From Octopus bimaculoides (Eukaryota): DNA of 63,227 bases. Every line of letters begins with the position of its first letter. Positions within the stretch are counted from its first letter, which is position 1. Below are positions 1 to 12,851 of the stretch, one piece after another. The notes under the pieces are model-generated. The model saw only the letters and a list, made by a program, of their open reading frames with translations, ran no database searches and had not been told where the DNA came from. The stretch lies in assembly GCF_001194135.2 (NCBI RefSeq), contig NC_068996.1, positions 34,695,347-34,758,573 of the forward strand. Reading direction: 5' to 3'. Both the position numbers and the translations under genes were made by a program.

Positions 1-1140
1 GTCAGACGCGATTTTCCGCAGCTCGTTTCTTTAACAGAGCTGCAATCCTGGATCAGACGTAGACCGAGAAAGGGCGCTTGGCACCTCGAGTGCCGCCAAG
101 CTCTCACCACCCTCAGTCAGGCGGGCAGTGCGATCGGTAGTAGCTCCACTCTAGCGTTCTATATAGGGTTAGTGGAGGAAAAGTGCGACGGCGTTCTCGG
201 GGAAACTCTAGGCGTCGAAGATAATCAGTTAAACAGTCTGTTCGGGAGAACTTTCGGGCCGGAACCCATGGATAATTTTCAAAGGTCCCTCGCCTGGCAG
301 TGTTACCGAGGTGCGCTACCTGTTCGAGATAAACTCTANNNNNNNNNNAACCCATGGATAATTTTCAAAGGTCCCTCACCTGGCAGTGTTACCGAGGTGC
401 GCTACCTGTTCGAGATAAACTCTACCGGCACGGAAGTGCCGTCAACCGGGCCTGCTCGAGGTGCGCTCAGGACGACGAAACCGTTCTGCATGCACTCGTC
501 CAGTGCCCGAGTATTGCTGACCTGTGGGGTTTATATCGAACAGCTACTGTCACGTGTAGGACGGATCCAGCTATCAGCTGAATCCATCGTGAGGATTGAC
601 CAGCCGACCTCCTTTAACCGGGAGGGCAAGGCAATTTTCCTATGCTTAGTGGCTGTAGCGAAAGAAGTGACATGGTGGACCCGTTTGAAAGGGCTTAAAT
701 TCAGACACTTTCCTCTTTGGCCAAGGCATCATCCACTTCTTCAAGTTCCACTTGAAAAGGAGGATGATAATAGAGAGGGAAGTGCTGTCTCATAGCAAAT
801 TTGTTGAAAGATGGGTGACTGTTGGAAAAATGGCCAGTATAAACGGACCAATTCTGAGAATACACCTGTAGAAAAAAGATAATCTAAAAGGAGAAAGGGC
901 TCTATACCCCTTTCTTATTTTTTCTGACCAGGCTCCTTTTTCGAAGCGCCTCCCCCTTTGGGAGTTCTATTTATTTTTTATTTATTTATTTATCTATTTA
1001 TTTGTTATATCTTTCTCCGTTTTCTTCCTCTGTTTAAACGAACGTTTCTACCTTTTCGGACAAAACCTTTTGTAACCTTCGTCCTGTCTTTGTCCTTACA
1101 TGTTTTTAATTGATATTAGCCCGTGTGGCCAATAAAACGA
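1..1140 (+). mobile_element. Tx1/L1-type non-LTR retrotransposon, 3' end of ORF2 (zf-RVT) and 3' UTR
   Basis: Frame open from base 1; C-x2-C...ETVLHALVQC (RACSRCAQDDETVLHALVQC) zinc-binding motif; C-terminal FVERW...IHL* (TAG 869-871) after frameshifts; ends at AATAAA next to a microsatellite; high GC and CpG content suggests it is young. Confidence 0.8.
339..348. other. Assembly gap; others at 30382-30391, 51963-52261, 59544-59756 and 62015-62365
   Basis: N runs. Confidence 1.
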
Positions 1141-1187
1141 ATTAATTATTATTATTATTATTAATAACAAGAAGAAGAACAACAACA

Positions 1188-1335
1188 ACAACATCGAAAA
1201 ATATCTTAGGAATGAGAACCCAGGTTCGAAATTTCCCCAAGACACCTGATGAAGGCTGGAGGGTATATCAACCAAAACGTTGTTAACAACAAACAAGATG
1301 AGGACAAATATCCGTCAAATGTAAATAATGTATCT
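1188..1335 (+). mobile_element. Headless copy of the hammerhead-bearing SINE (family E)
   Basis: Near-identical to 62471-62620 (ttaggaatgagaacccaggttcgaaatttccccaagacacctga...gtcaaatgtaaat). Confidence 0.85.
1241..1284 (+). ncRNA. Degenerate minimal type I hammerhead ribozyme, copy 1
   Basis: GACAC-CUGAUGA-A-GGCUG..CAACC-AAAA-CGUU-GUU; CUGAUGA intact, G12 mutated, one stem II mismatch, stem I shortened. Confidence 0.6.
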
Positions 1336-3922
1336 AGCTTTCTTGTTAATATATATAATAAAATTCAAAGTAAAAATCCTTTAAATTTTGATGGCAAAGG
1401 AAATTTTAAAATATTGTTACTAATTCAGATAGTGGGAGAATCACAGAAAGTTATGTGCGCTTTAATATCTTTGATAAAATATTGCTTTGAGATGTTTTTT
1501 CACATACGTGAAATGTAATTTTATAAATTGCAACTTCAGAAAGTATTATTCTTTTATCTAAACCAATATTCATAACTAAAAAAAATTCTTTCCTAGTGAC
1601 TTTTTCCGTTTACCATTACCCCCCCCCCCGCCTTCATGAACTTTTGATCTGTTGTACTTTTAATCACTAGTTTATTTTAGCACCTCTTGACCTTAACTGA
1701 CATTTTGCGTTCCATTAAACTAGTTACATATAATAATATCACTGTAAGAGAATTTGCGTCCCAAAACTTTTTTTTCCCTCACTTTTCTTAAATTCAATAA
1801 AGCAAATTCCAGCGATCATCTAGTTAAAATTTCCTTCCCGTTTAAACCCGTTACACGTTCGACCCAACCAGTTCTAAAAGAACTGTTCGATTAAGAAGAG
1901 TTATTCTTTATTTATTCACCATCTCATATAGTAAGCTTCACTCATCAAAAATTATTTAAGCAGTCATAATTTCAAATCCACGCTATATAATTTATATAAT
2001 ACCACTGAACAACTTGATGCTGTTTTAGCAGTTGAATTACATTCAGAACCCTAAAAATAATATCCGCTGGTACTCTATGAGGGGGTTCTAAGTTGTTTTA
2101 ACCTTTTTTCTTTGGCGAAGCCGTTATCTTTGTTTTTCGCGACTTCGAATGAAACTGAAGAAACTTCTAGGCAAGAAATTATTTTCACATCGGAAGTATT
2201 TCCGCATTATGTGAACTTTGTTTCTTGTCATATTTATAGAGTTTGCTCTATTTCCTTATTCTTCATGCTAAATTACTTTATGTTGTTGATTGATTTATAT
2301 CCACTTTAACAAGCAATTTGGCAGCAATTTAAAAAAAAAATTCTTATGTAAATATATATATACATATTTCCAAAAAAAAACCTCAAAATATGCGTATGAA
2401 TACATGTTAACGGCGTTGTGGGACTATTTGTAGGAAATATAAAGTTATCCGTTGTCGCTTCCACAATTAGTCACCCTAAGTACTAAGTTCAATATCACAC
2501 CACAGCTATAAATCATGCTGCGTTACAATATGTGTATACATTCTAAAATATCTGATGCCTGTATTCACAAATACAGGCATCGAGGTAGGATGAATTCAGC
2601 TACAACCTTTGAATTAAGAAATTACTGGCAGATTCAGCCACAACCGTAGAACTTACATAAACATGTCTGTTCACTCTGCCAGGTGCTGTCTTCCTTCTTT
2701 CTTTTTGTGAGTTGTTGGATTTAATTTTTTTTCTAGAAAGCTTATATAAAGCTTGTATTTTCGGTATCACAATCCTTTTTATTACATATTTTTTAAAACC
2801 CGAAACTTATTTTATATCTTTAGTTATTGTGATTTCAAATAGTCGGGTTACCGTGTCCTAAAAACAATTTTTTTTCCTTTTAATTGTCGGTGTTTAATTT
2901 TGCAATTGGATTGCGAAAATATATTTTAAATTACTTAGCATTTGTTCATAAATAACCTATGCTAACGATAAACTCTCTAATTGAATTTGTAACTAGTTTA
3001 ATTTTATTAAAATTCACCTAAACAATTAGATCTAGAAAAAATAGTTTGAAGTATATAAAGAAATTATAAGTCGTTAATTAACTAAAAATACATGTTGTAA
3101 ACAATACCAACTCGATTTATATAATAGCATTAGTCACATATGTTAAGACGTTTTTATTATAAAACAGTAAAGCTAAAAAAAAAAACCCTAAATCATTTAT
3201 GTTTTCATATGACATGCTTTCTGTGATTCCCCTTTAAACTATGTAGAAACAATAAACTTAGCGCCAATCTAAAAAAAATATCATGGTCTATATTCTGAGA
3301 ACTTTACCAATATTGAAGTTGCCAATTCATTTATCGATTTATAGTTTTGATTGATATCAGTGTCCAATTTTCATTGTTCTTTGTCGATGGGAATACCTCG
3401 AGTTTCCACACTCGGAGCGTATCCTATTATGAGAAGAGTCAAGAATTTGGCATTGTTATAATTTATGGCAATTGTTTTGGTTTAATTAATAACAGTTTTG
3501 TTGCCTTATTAGTTTATCTTCAATTATAAAAGTTTGTGTTAATTAACAAGCTACATTAGTAATCACTATGAGCAACTCTTAACTTATTGGAGCATCGTGA
3601 CCCAGTAAAGTTCTTAACAGGGTACTTTGTTACCCGACACTGATTATTGGCAGAAAGCTGTGTCGTATAGTGCGTTTATATTATATTTTATTATTGTATG
3701 TGTATGCATACATTTATATTTGTGTGTGTATCATTTATGGCATTTCTATGTATGTATATATGTTTCTGAGGATATATCTATGAATTTGCGGAAACGGAGA
3801 TTCTTTTCTATAAAATGAAATCGGAATCTGTAGATTAACAGATTTGCCTTAGCTTTTCTTTTTCCATACGTACATTCACTCACACACACACATTTATATA
3901 TATGTGTGTTTGTGTGTGTATG

Positions 3923-4014
<92 letters not shown>

Positions 4015-4394
4015 AGTGTGCGCGCGCGCGCTTTTTAGTATTTGGACATTCCTGTGTGACACAGACATAGAAAAGATAGTCACCTGAATACATAGGTATT
4101 ATGTGTTCATGCATATTTAAATATTCTTCAAGTTTCCTTGTTTAATTTTCGACTAATTTTATCATTAAATTCATTACGATCATTGTAACTTGTATGCATG
4201 TTTCAATCTCTTATATATCTGTATAATATGACCCAATAATTCTAATTATTTACGTTTCTCTTAAACTTTGCAATAAAAAAAACGTCACAGACACTAATTT
4301 ATATATATATGCGTACACGTATATGGAATTCTATTTTGTTTTAGGAAAAGTTCAGAATTAGTATTTCTATTGTATAAAATATAGGAATACTTTA

Positions 4395-4436
<42 letters not shown>

Positions 4437-5423
4437 CTCTTTTCCCCATGAGGTGCTTAATTCGAAACTTCCTGGTTTTTAAAAAAAAATTCATGACGAA
4501 TTCTGTTAAGCAGGATGGGATCATTTGAAATATGAAGTTCATAAAAACCTTCAATGTTTGTGATATAGGTGTGAATAAAATTAAGATATCCCCCACTCAC
4601 TTCAGAAGATTTTAGTGGGTTACGGCATTATTTGCCACATTTCTTTTTGGTTAAAAGATGCTGGATTCTTGAGTTGAAACAGCAAGTCAATGACCAAAGG
4701 TTTCTTCCAATTACTTAATGTCTTATAACCGGTGTGATACGATCGAGACCTTCCTGCTCTATTTTATAGAATGTAATGTTACTGTCTACAAAACTCATTT
4801 CTTTTTTAAAGTCGGTAGCGTGTTTTTGCTGCTGTTTCTGCATCTCACATCTCAAGTTTGAGGGAATTATGTGTGTGTGAGTATGTAAAATATTTACGCC
4901 TTCGGCTGTTTTACCTCTAGTTTTTGAGTTCAGGAATCATAAACATCCCTTCTTTGATAATGTGACTGCCAATAACTTCATCACCACTACCACCAATACA
5001 TAGTCGCATTTTCTTTGTATTCCGTCTATGACCAACCGATATTTTATAACAATTTATATTTATTTATTTTTTTTCTACTTAAGTTATTGTAGTCACGCTG
5101 GTGAATCCTAGTACTTTGTCTCCTTTTTGCCGAACCGGTAAGTTACAGTGTCGTAAACTAACCAACACCGGTTTTCAAGTGATGTGGGACAGAGACACAC
5201 ACATACATATATACGACGAGTTTTTTTTCAATTTACTTCTACAAAATCCACTCAAGGCTTTGTTCAACGAAGGGTTATAGTAAAAAGACACTTACCCATG
5301 ATGTAATTCATCATGGACTCAGTGGGACTGAACCCAAAATGTATATGGTTGGGAGGCAAATCTGTCTCTAAAGAATCTCAGGTTTAACTACAACTGGCTA
5401 ATCTTTATTTAATATCTTTACAG

Positions 5424-5695
5424 GTTTTGGTGGCTTTGGCTTGTGATCTTGGTCTGGATTCTCTTCAGTGTTGTGTTGAAGCACACAAATGGGCATGGTT
5501 TCGCCGCTATTGTGCGGCAGCAAGAGTTTCGACTGCAATCGTGAACAGAAGTGTTTTGCCGCCTTCATTTACTGAGGATGTAATGAAGAAAATTGAAGAC
5601 ATCTCTGCTGAAGGTGAAGTTGTGACCAGAGACCATGAAAATCACGAGATTTTTAAACAAGAACATGATGAACAGCTGCTGCTTTGGTTGAATAG
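5424..5695 (+). CDS. HERC2: HERC2 E3 ubiquitin ligase, first exon visible in window (pre-RLD3)
   Basis: ttacag acceptor; VLVALACDLGLDSLQCCVEAHKWAWFRRYC...EQLLLWLNR matches recalled HERC2 (VLVALACDLELD..HKWAWFRRYC); donor AG|gtaga, ends phase 2. Confidence 0.95.
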
Positions 5696-6698
5696 GTAGA
5701 ATAACACTTCTACTTACAATATATTTCTTTCTGTTAGAATCAAATTTTTAAATTTTAATTTACACTTGGCTTGTCTATTTTCCTTCTGAGAAAATTATAT
5801 CTAAAATAAGAAATTCATGTTATAAAATACGTTTGTTGAAGAGTAGGCTGAAGAAGTCCTGTGTGAATCTTCTGCCCAATAAACATCACATCTACTTTCA
5901 TTTTACTAGCATGGGCTAGGAAGGTCGGCACTTGTTAAGAGAGCACATGTAAACATTCAGAGGAATATATCATGAGACCATAATTTGAAATATCCTCTGA
6001 AAATGTGTTTCTGAAAAATCTTAATATCATTCACATAAACAACATAATTTGACATTAGCATTTATTAAAAAATTATTTCAGATTCTGTAGAGAAAACATG
6101 TTGGTGACCTTGAGAAAAGTAAGAATGTGCTAACTTAGCATTTCTGTTGGGTGAGATGAACAAGGGCAACTTATGATATAAAGGACTGCTATGTTTTTTA
6201 TTTCTTTTTACCTAAATTCGGTTGTATTAAGTCAAATAAGAAAAATCATACACTTGTGGCTACAATCACTGGAAACCATTACAAGAGAAAATACAAATAT
6301 GAAGATTTAAAATCACTCTTTCTATAGGGGTTTTTTTTTTAACATTTATTTGCAATATTTCAAAATTTTCATTGCTTAAGAGCATTGTCAGGTGACCAAT
6401 ATTTTGACATCATATTACAAGTAAATGTTTTAAGTGAGGTTAACTTTAAAGTGTTTGATCAGTTCCTGAGAACTGTCCTAGTGTAGCAAATCTAATTTTT
6501 TTTTTTAAACCTTCCAACTGAGGATCCTGTTTCACTATATTCTAGTTCAGCATAGAAAATATTTTACTTATTTAAAAAATTAGGAACTAAAATGGACTGA
6601 TTTCAAATGCTAAGCCAAAAAATACTGAATTAATATTAGTGACTTAATACATCTGTGTAAGTGTAAAACTGATTCCTGGCAGAGTGGACTATTTAGAG

Positions 6699-6995
6699 CA
6701 GGCCTGGCCAACTCAAATTACAGGCCTCTTTAATGACAGAAAGTATTTTGAGGGCTCACTTGTATACTTTATGCACTAATAGTCAAATAATCAAATTGCA
6801 GAGTCAAGAATTTTTCATATTTTCGTTTGTTTAGAATTATTAAATTGCTTTATTGCCACTTATAAATTTTAAATTTATTTTGAAACAAAATATTTTACAC
6901 AATTTTATTTTGAAATTAAACACATAAAGAAAGTATCAAACGGGCCGCAAGATAAGACTACATGCGGCCCGTGGATTTCAGGTTGGCCAGCTCTG
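6699..6995. mobile_element. hAT (Charlie-like) MITE
   Basis: TIRs caggcctggccaac / gttggccagctctg; perfect 8-bp TSD ATTTAGAG at 6691-6698 and 6996-7003. Confidence 0.85.
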
Positions 6996-9154
6996 ATTTA
7001 GAGTGACCTATGTGACAGCTGCCAAATTCCAATTTGTTTTTCCCAATACTATTGATATTGTGTGTGTTTATATATTGATATGACAAATCTAGAAAAGATC
7101 TAGCATTCTTGATGACCTAAGCATGTGATTAATTTAACGGCTAAATCATCTGGCATATTTGACCTTTTAAAATGACACTCAGTCCATATATAGCCTTTCA
7201 GTATGTTGTATTGTAAGTAAGCACGTGGGTTTGACTGCTTAAATTATAAATGGCGGTTTTTGTGTGAAATGTCTAGTTAATGGGAGGTAACTGCAACAGA
7301 ACTGTTCTTAATGGCGATTAAATCTAGGTCACCGTGACCAAAATGTCTTTTATGATTTAGATATATATGTTTCTATGTATTTTACTTCTAGAAATATCTT
7401 GGCTACGGTTATCGCTGTTGTATATTATAAATCCAGTGCCAGCACTAGTTCGCTACACCGATATCTAGTTTTCCATTTTTTATATATGCATCTGAGACCC
7501 TGATGTATATCTGTAAACTAGGCTTTGTTTTTCATTTTGTTTGATTTCAAGATTATAGAACTAGATTTGATATTTTCTGATATCTACTTTACTGATTTAT
7601 GTAGCTAACGTAAATGAACTTTATTTCAATTATCACCATGCTAGAATAATTAACATCTTTTGGTTCTTGTAATTACAAAAATACTGTTCCAGGTTTGCAG
7701 TTTTTAATGTTAAATAAGTGAACCAGCCTTTAAAAATTTCAATAAATCATATAAATAATTGAATTTAAAAAAACAATGATTTGAGATAAAACAGTAACTT
7801 TACTACTTCTATGTAGTCTTTTCCTCTCTCTCTTCAAGTTGTGATCTTAGAAATATATTTTCTTTTTTACCAATGCTATTCCTTCTCCATTGAACAACAA
7901 ACAAAAAAATGAATTGGTAATTCCTGAACATTAAAAGATAAATACATTATTCCTACATCCCATTGTTTGGCTCCTTGCTATTTTATCTGCCTTGAATTAT
8001 TATTTAGACATTATTTCCATTAAAATTGTTACAAGAATTCATTCATTGTCTGAATTAATTTTATAATAATAATAATAATTATTATTATTATGTATATTTG
8101 AAATATTAACTCTGGTATACATTCAACTATGAAAAATTGAAACAACAAATTTGTGGCATAAAACTGGGTCATAAAAGTCCAAATTTGATATATGTTGTGA
8201 TACTAATGTAACATTTAATGTTAGCTTCAAGTTAATATAAAAGTTACATATGATTTGTAGAGGACCTTGGTATGCACACACACACATAAAATGATGTCAT
8301 TAATACATAACCATTTTATATCATTTTTTTAAAGACAAGACTAAAATTATAAATTGTGTGTGGGTGTGAGAAAAGAAATTTGTTTCTTTGTTCGGGATAA
8401 GAAATAAATATATTTGTTACATATGCTAATGGCAGTACTTGACCTTACATGTTATATAATAAGCAAAAAGACAATGCATAGCATTCAACCAACTAAGTGC
8501 AGACTGCCTACAGTTAAGAGCAGATATGCTTAAGCTGTGGAGACTAACTAGTAAAAAATTTTAGATTTTTGTTAATATAGCTTTTATTTCTTGAGAATTA
8601 ATATATATGTGCATTCTATATTATTATTCATTTCACATGTAGACAAATGAGAGGTCTGTGTGATTGTGTGTGTGTGTATCATCATTGTTTAATGTCCTTT
8701 TTTCCATGCTGGCATAGGTTGAAAGGTTTGACAAGAACAGATGACCCAGAGGGCTTTGATAGGTTTTGTCTGCTTTGCCATGGTTTTCCCCCTCCCAGCT
8801 GAATGCTCCAATATACACATACATTATATATGTATTTAATCATTGTATTTAATCATTATATGATCTCCATGATCTGGTTCTCTGATGAGTGACAGCAACT
8901 CTTGTTTTATATGACAGATAATGAAACTGTATAACAAAACTGGGCAGTTTTACTTGGGTAGGGTTAATTAATTTTCTAAGCTAAGCAAACGCCATGGTTC
9001 AAGGATTACAATTGTATCATTGGAATTGGTAATATTTCTCAGTCTCTGATATGATAATATTCTTTGGCAGTTTACTGCAAAAATTGTCTTCTATTCATTT
9101 ACTGGAAGAGCATTTAGCACTAATTCTTTTTCTAATGTATTTATATTTCTACAG

Positions 9155-9353
9155 ACGACCAGATGATTGGACACTGTCATGGGGTGGTAGTGGACAAATT
9201 TTGGGGTGGGGCCATAATCACCGAGGCCAGCTAGGAGGTGTGGATGGTCCCAAGGTGAAGTTACCTGTCAGTTGTGAAACACTTGCAACTTTGCGACCGG
9301 TACAGCTCATTGGAGGAGAACAAACATTATTTGCTGTTACTGCTAATGGAAAG
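9155..9353 (+). CDS. HERC2: HERC2 exon, start of RLD3
   Basis: ctacag|A completes R; [28 protein letters not shown]...VTANGK; donor AAG|gttgtg. Confidence 0.95.
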
Positions 9354-9469
9354 GTTGTGTATTATTACAAAACAGTTTCTCTTCTCCCTTTTTATTTTTT
9401 AATATTTTCCAGCTATTATTTATTCCCTGAATTATGAGTCTAAGCCAATGTTCTCTGTTCCATTCTTAG

Positions 9470-9684
9470 GTTTATGGTACTGGATATGGTGCCGGCGGTC
9501 GCTTGGGTACTGGTGGTACAGAGTCAGTCGCTACACCAACTCTTCTAGAGTACATTCAACATGCATTTATCAAGAAACTTGCTGTGAATTCTGGTGGGAA
9601 ACATTGCTTGGCATTATCTGCTGAAGGAGAAGTATTTACATGGGGAGAAGGGGAAGATGGAAAATTGGGTCATGGAATCAAAAT
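9470..9684 (+). CDS. HERC2: HERC2 exon, RLD3
   Basis: tcttag|[16 protein letters not shown]...[11 protein letters not shown]; donor AT|gtgagt. Confidence 0.95.
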
Positions 9685-10066
9685 GTGAGTATCTTGGACA
9701 AGGTTTAGTACTCTTATGTTAATCTCAAAATATTCAAGTAATTCTGTTTATCAGATCTCGACATTTTTTTTCTTTTTTTTTATATATTATCAGGCAGGAT
9801 CAAAATCTTTCCAAAATATTTTCACATCTCCAGCATTTTGGCCTTTCCTTTTGGATAGTTTTTTTTTTTATTCGTTTTAATTTGAAAGCTCCTTAATTTA
9901 AAGAATTTTTATAGAAATTTTGAAACCAGAATTTATTATTTCACATACACTTAAATATTTTGTGCTATTGAATGTATTGTGTACTTAGGGCTTTAATGTA
10001 TGTTGGTTAAAGAGGTTTTTAAATTAGTAATTAAAATATTCAAAAGCATGATTTTTATTCTTTCAG

Positions 10067-10244
10067 TCCTTGTGATCGTCCAAGAATGGTAGAAGCTCTC
10101 CGTGGAAAAGAAGTTATTGATATAGCAGCAGGAGGGGCCCACAGTGCTTGCATCACAGCTAGCGGAGAACTGTATACCTGGGGCAAGGGCAGATATGGCA
10201 GATTAGGGCATGGCGATAGTGATGATCAGACCAAACCAAAGCTG
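10067..10244 (+). CDS. HERC2: HERC2 exon, RLD3
   Basis: tttcag|PCDRPRMVEALRGK...WGKGRYGRLGHGDSDDQTKPKL; donor gtatgg. Confidence 0.95.
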
Positions 10245-11031
10245 GTATGGCTTTCTACTGTAAACAGATGTATCAGTGTGTGTGTGCGCATTTTATATTA
10301 TATGTTATCGTGTGGTAAGAAGCTTGCTTTCCAACTACATGGTTCTGGGTTCAGTTCCACTGCATGAGCAAGTGTCTTCTATTACAGCCTCAGGCCAGCC
10401 AAAGCCTTGTGAGTGGATTTGATAGACAGAAACTGAAAGAAATCTGTTGAATATATATATGTGTGTGTGCATGTCTGTTGTCCCCCACCACCATTTGACA
10501 ACCAATGTCAGTGTGTTTACATCCTTGTAACTTAGCGTTTCAGCAAAGAGATCAATGAAATGAGTATCAAGCTTTAAAAAATAAAAACTACTGAGATTGA
10601 TTCATTTGACTAAAAGTTCCCCAGCATGGCTGCATTCTAATTGACTGAAACAAGTGAAAGATTAAAGATATGTATATAATTATCTGGTTATGCAGCTTGC
10701 ATAGATTCTTGTAACACTCTTGTCACCTTCCAGTTCTATCTGAATTAGGATCTTGAGTTGTGACGAGTCTTTCATTATCTGATTACACAACCTTAGTGAT
10801 CCTAACCATTGTTCATCTAAGAGTCCTCTGCTCAGTATCAATGTAAGAAGCACTGTTAGCTCAGTTGAGCTCTTCCATTACCTCTTCGCAATCTGCCATG
10901 CTGCAGTCCTATATCTTTGCCATATCCCTAGCAGGGTGGTTGAAGGGGTGCTATGCCTTACCAAAAAGCAACCCATAACTATGCTGGGCATGGTCGTCAG
11001 TCTGAGATATTTTCAAAATATCCACATACCG

Positions 11032-11069
<38 letters not shown>

Positions 11070-11143
11070 ATGTATATATATACATTCATTTGTCAAAAAT
11101 ATTGTACTGCTTGCTGTATGACCTACAAATGTTTTTATTACAG

Positions 11144-11267
11144 GTTGAAGTATTAAAAGACTATCGTGTGATAGATGTTGCATGTGGCAGTGGTGATGCA
11201 CAAACATTGTGTATTACTGATGATGATAGTGTTTGGTCTTGGGGAGACGGAGACTATGGTAAACTTG
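11144..11267 (+). CDS. HERC2: HERC2 exon, RLD3
   Basis: ttacag|[23 protein letters not shown]...WGDGDYGKL; donor G|gtaagt. Confidence 0.95.
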
Positions 11268-12721
11268 GTAAGTTTCTTCTGTTCTTCATTTTTAACATCC
11301 TCTCTCCTGGTTGCTGTCATTCTCAACACATATCTACCATCACTACTGTCCCCCTTCTTTAACCCCCATTCACTATGGGTACCACTACTTACCTCTGACA
11401 TCTCTGTCACTGTACATCATCTAACCATTTTCTGCTGTGTCTCTTCTTCCTGAGCCACTTCTATTCTTTCATCTTCCTCCTTCCCTTGTACTGATATTTT
11501 TGTTCTCTCTCCAACACTTCCACTTTTGTTCCGCTCACACATTTATCTCTACACCCTAACTCTAACCACCTGTCAATCTCTCACACTTTAATGAATTATC
11601 TACCCACCCTTCTTGTGTTCTCTCTTGTACTCCTCTACTTTTATCTTGAGAGTATGCTCTGACACTGCATCACTATCTTTGTCTTCTTTCCAGCTCCTGT
11701 CTCTCTTCCAAACTTTAGCCTCTCAAAACTTTGCATAAAGCTACCTCCCTCTCTACTACAACTCCACTCAGTTGAAGGATCTTTTTCATTGTCTTGCAAG
11801 TTACTTGGCAACCTTACCAGTACCTAGTGTGTTCTGTAAAGTGTTTGGCATTAGGACAGGCATCCAGCCAAAGAAACCATGCTGAAGCAGATATTGGAGC
11901 CTGTTGTGGTTCTCTGGTTTGTATGATTTATCAAACCATCCAGCCCATACCAGCATAGAAGACAAACTTGAAATGATGATGTTTTTTACAATTTAGTACT
12001 GAAGCTTTATGTTTATAACTATAATACTTATACTTGGTATCAGAAGCAGCGACAGCACTCTACTATGTTTGGTTGTGGTGTTGATTCCACCAAATACTAT
12101 GTAAGACAGAGAATTTGAACAACCTTGTCTTCTGGAAATGATTAGCTTTTGTTTCTGTTAAAATGAATTATCAACATTTGACACATAAAAGAGTCAAATT
12201 TGTTAGCTCGTTGCTCTTTTTATGTCAAATCGGTATTTATAATAAATTCAACGGATGATACAGTTAAATTACTTTAAATATTTCTGGAAGAGATAGCGAA
12301 AAAAAATCTTTTAATTGTTTGGTGGGGTTTTTCTTCTCCCACCGACTGGCTCCTGTGCTAGTGGTACGTAAAACGCACCATCCGAACGTAGTCGATGCCA
12401 GTGCCGCCTGACTAGCTCCCGTGCCAGTGACACGTAAAAAGCACCCACTACACTCTCAGAGTGGTTGACATTAGGAAGGGCATCCGGCTGTAGAAACCTT
12501 GCAAGATTAGGTTGGAGCCTGGTGCAACCTACCTGCTTGCCAGTCCCCAGTCAAACCATCCAACCCATGCCAGCATTGAAAACGGACGTTAAATGATGAT
12601 GACTTTTTTTTTTTTATATCTATATTTTCTGAACGGTGTTGTGTATGGAGAAAAATAATATTGACAATAAATGTATTAATAAAAAAAAGACTTAATATTT
12701 ATTATTTGTTTTGATTTTTAG

Positions 12722-12851
12722 GTCGAGGAGGGAGTGATGGCTGCAAGGTACCTATAAAAATTGAATCTTTACAGAGCCTCGGGGTCATAAAAGTTGAATG
12801 TGGCTCCCAATTTTCTGTTGCATTAACACAATCTGGTGCTGTATACACATG
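12722..12851 (+). CDS. HERC2: HERC2 exon, RLD3
   Basis: ttttag|[44 protein letters not shown]; donor TG|gtaaat; not in the ORF track because it is short. Confidence 0.95.

Noticed and set aside
263-424. 76-bp direct repeat (263-338 and 349-424) in the LINE ORF
   Set aside because: The copies flank a 10-N gap and differ by one base. This is an unmerged contig overlap or allelic pair, and the 207-aa ORF across it is artefactual.
2581-2715. Possible coding first exon (ATG at about 2663, donor-like GTGAGT at about 2707, 14-bp repeat attcagcYacaacc at 2594 and 2632)
   Set aside because: Both candidate donors give phase 2, which does not match the phase-0 acceptor at 5424. It could only be non-coding, and there is no support without transcript data.
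3746-4596. ORFs such as YIYIYIY, HTHTHT and CVCVCV here and throughout the window
   Set aside because: Translations of (TA)n, (CA)n, (GATA)n and (TAA)n microsatellites.
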